The position numbers and the translations under genes were made by a program. Below, piece by piece: positions 61,891 to 64,000 of a DNA stretch of 64,000 nucleotides (positions are counted from its first letter, which is position 1; the number at the start of each line of letters is the position of its first letter). The notes under the pieces are model-generated. The model saw only the letters and a list, made by a program, of their open reading frames with translations, searched no databases and had not been told where the DNA came from. Origin of the DNA: a virus; IMG/VR virus record IMGVR_UViG_3300043570_004127, positions 32,001 through 96,000 of that record. One strand, given 5' to 3'.

Positions 61891-63999
61891 TTATCCCGAA
61901 AAACTAGATAGTTCGTAGTTCTCTAACGGTTGTTCTTTTTCAATTTGGGATATCACATTGACGAGGGCATTAACCCCATCAACGCCGACAGAGGCAAGCC
62001 CTGTCACCCATATTCCGTCATCGTTTGCGGTTGAATTAAAACCGTGGTATTCAGCGACAGTGTCAACAGCTGATTTGATATCGAATATAAATGATGGGTG
62101 AATATCTATCTGGAACCCATCAATTTGATTCGATTGAATCTGGAGGCCAGACTTGACCTCTAGGTCATGATTCTCTGAAATTGATACATATACGCTCAAC
62201 TCAGACTTACCTCTAGCTGCTGCTGCTCTGGCAAGGACGTTGCTTCTACGCTCACGCATAATTGCCTGACGAATCCTTTTGCGTGCTTTTTCTTCGGTAA
62301 TCATATTTCTTTTTGCAAGATGTCTGATTGCCGCATCCATAGCGCGCTTTGAATCGCTAGGTGGCTTTGATTCATCAATCCCAAATTCACGCAATTGAGC
62401 AAGAATATTATCGCCACGATTCCTCAAGCCCATTGCTCCAGTAACCCCACCAGCCGGAACCCTCTGAGGTGGCGCTGGTACGGACGGACGGCTCGGGCTT
62501 GGTGCTGGAGAAGGGCGGCCTGGGACACGACTTGGAGCAGGCTTCGGAACGCGAACTGGCTCGGGAAGTCTTTCTGGAATTTTGTCTGGTATTTCTTCTG
62601 GCTTTGCAGGCATTTTGGGCTCAATGTACGGAACATCATCTTCGCCGGTTATGGGGTTCGTGGTTCTGCCATCGCTGTCGCCGTCGCGTGAAGGTTTACC
62701 CATTCGACCAGCAGCACGACGAGCACGACCAATTGTCCCACCGAGAACTTTTTCGTTAATTGCTTCAAGTGCATTCATTAGCGCATTTTGTGCTTCTGGA
62801 CCGTACCAGTCCATATTCGGGATAGCAAAACCGTCTGCAAGCAACTCGACTTCAAATCCGTGCGAATTTCCGATTTCATTTGCCGCTTCGTACATTTCTA
62901 CATTTTGTGTTTTCACAAACATATGTAGACCTGGTGTTTCGTCTTTGAAGGATGTCCATGATTTCATTGCCGATTTACCTGTACCGCATTTTCCGCCACA
63001 CCCACAATCACTGTGGCTGTCGTCATTTCCATGGAGTTCAGAATCACGACGCATTAGAGAGTCGTAGAAATCTCCACCGTCAACAAATCTCTTGGGTTTG
63101 TCACTGGTAAGGGCAACCGAAGGTCCGCCATCAAGCGGGATATAAACGGTTTCTGGCTTAACTTCGTGCGCCGTGCCAAACATAAATCTTTCGCCATCCG
63201 GGGTGTGCCATCCAGCCCGCATTGTCGACGTCGAGTTGTCTTTGTCTAAATCAAAGATGACCGTACTTTCATCCGCTTCACGGATGGCTACCTGTCCACC
63301 GAAATGCATGCTTAGATGGCGAACAAGGTCGCCCATTCTCCCGCTTATAGGGTTTATTGAAGAACTCCCACCAGAGTAAATTGACATGTTTTTGACCTCA
63401 ATTTCGGAGTCTGACTTCTTTTTTGTGTTGTCATATCTGTCCAAAAGCCGACGTCCTTTTGCTGCGAGCTTTGCGGCATCCTCGGTGTTCTGTGGCACTG
63501 GTTCGCCCCACGCCGCAGCTGAAAGCGCAAGTCGTGTTGGCTTTCCGTTTTCATCCTTCATTGGACCGCTTGGATTAGTGAAGAATCTTGTAAGGAATGA
63601 ACCTTTGCGGCGCATCTTTTGTGGAGTGTCAGCAGGACCCTTGACGCCTGGTTTCAAATTTGCACCTTCGGTCTTTTTGAAGTGAGCCCTACCTGCTGCA
63701 GTTAGCCCGCCATCTGGGTCCTTAAGTGCAGACTTTGCCTCTGCGCTATCGGCTGGAACGCAATTTGGGACCATATCCCCATTCTTTCCCTTTTTCATTC
63801 CAACTTGCTTATACCCAGGCCAGCATGGACCTACTTTTGCAGCCTTCACCGATTCATCTGACTTAATCGAGATGGTTCCAGTTAACTGGTTGGCACCATG
63901 AAGAACAGGACTTACCTCGTATAGTTCAACCTCCTTAAGGAGGTTGGCTTGCTTCTTGCTATCGAAGAAGGCATCAAGTGTTTTGTAACCAATTGACCA
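61891..63999 (-). CDS. HK97-family prohead protease with long C-terminal extension (5'-truncated by window edge)
   Basis: The frame is open upstream of 63849 and reads WSIGY...KEVELYEVSPVLHGAN, the catalytic Ser and ExSxV..AN motifs of HK97-type proteases. Confidence 0.88.
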   Translation of the reverse strand, partial: WSIGYKTLDAFFDSKKQANLLKEVELYEVSPVLHGANQLTGTISIKSDESVKAAKVGPCWPGYKQVGMKKGKNGDMVPNCVPADSAEAKSALKDPDGGLTAAGRAHFKKTEGANLKPGVKGPADTPQKMRRKGSFLTRFFTNPSGPMKDENGKPTRLALSAAAWGEPVPQNTEDAAKLAAKGRRLLDRYDNTKKKSDSEIEVKNMSIYSGGSSSINPISGRMGDLVRHLSMHFGGQVAIREADESTVIFDLDKDNSTSTMRAGWHTPDGERFMFGTAHEVKPETVYIPLDGGPSVALTSDKPKRFVDGGDFYDSLMRRDSELHGNDDSHSDCGCGGKCGTGKSAMKSWTSFKDETPGLHMFVKTQNVEMYEAANEIGNSHGFEVELLADGFAIPNMDWYGPEAQNALMNALEAINEKVLGGTIGRARRAAGRMGKPSRDGDSDGRTTNPITGEDDVPYIEPKMPAKPEEIPDKIPERLPEPVRVPKPAPSRVPGRPSPAPSPSRPSVPAPPQRVPAGGVTGAMGLRNRGDNILAQLREFGIDESKPPSDSKRAMDAAIRHLAKRNMITEEKARKRIRQAIMRERRSNVLARAAAARGKSELSVYVSISENHDLEVKSGLQIQSNQIDGFQIDIHPSFIFDIKSAVDTVAEYHGFNSTANDDGIWVTGLASVGVDGVNALVNVISQIEKEQPLENYELSSFSG

Positions 64000-64000
64000 C

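Noticed and set aside
30884-63348. ITGxM copies as a DNA repeat, CRISPR array or internal start sites
   Set aside because: Codons vary synonymously and spacing is irregular. GGAG appears in only some copies and sits too close to the ATG to act as an RBS. Internal initiation is disfavoured but not formally excluded.
29395-63685. Many + strand ORFs of 60-217 aa
   Set aside because: They are antisense shadows of long minus-strand genes, with no motifs or translation signals.

Overview
This window looks like part of a large tailed dsDNA phage genome (HK97-type head), probably infecting an Actinobacterium. The host inference rests on a WhiB gene and many leaderless TAnnnT-N6-ATG gene starts. Bases 1-19.9 kb hold replication and regulatory genes: SNF2 helicase, PAPS-reductase/DUF3440-like protein, DUF932, WhiB, primase-helicase, TauD-like oxygenase, lytic transglycosylase, SSB, ParB, thioredoxin and a class II ribonucleotide reductase. 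Bases 19.9-26.8 kb are a block of tailoring enzymes bracketed by two AUA-reading tRNA genes, one of which lacks a normal D-arm. Bases 27.5-64 kb (minus strand) are a greatly expanded head module. About 33 kb of giant multidomain ORFs (3687, 2470, 2108, 769, 690 aa) sit between the prohead protease, which is cut by the right window edge, and the major capsid gene. The main finding is a peptide motif, [IVL]-[TS]-G-x-M (mostly ITGAM/ITGSM), which I counted 21 times by eye including one IVGAM variant. It falls at boundaries between effector-like domains (Nudix, DnaJ, GNAT, ART-like, zeta-toxin kinase, DEDDh exonuclease, zincin). This suggests virion-packaged polyproteins cut into separate effectors. 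All family assignments come from motif recognition by eye; no searches were run.
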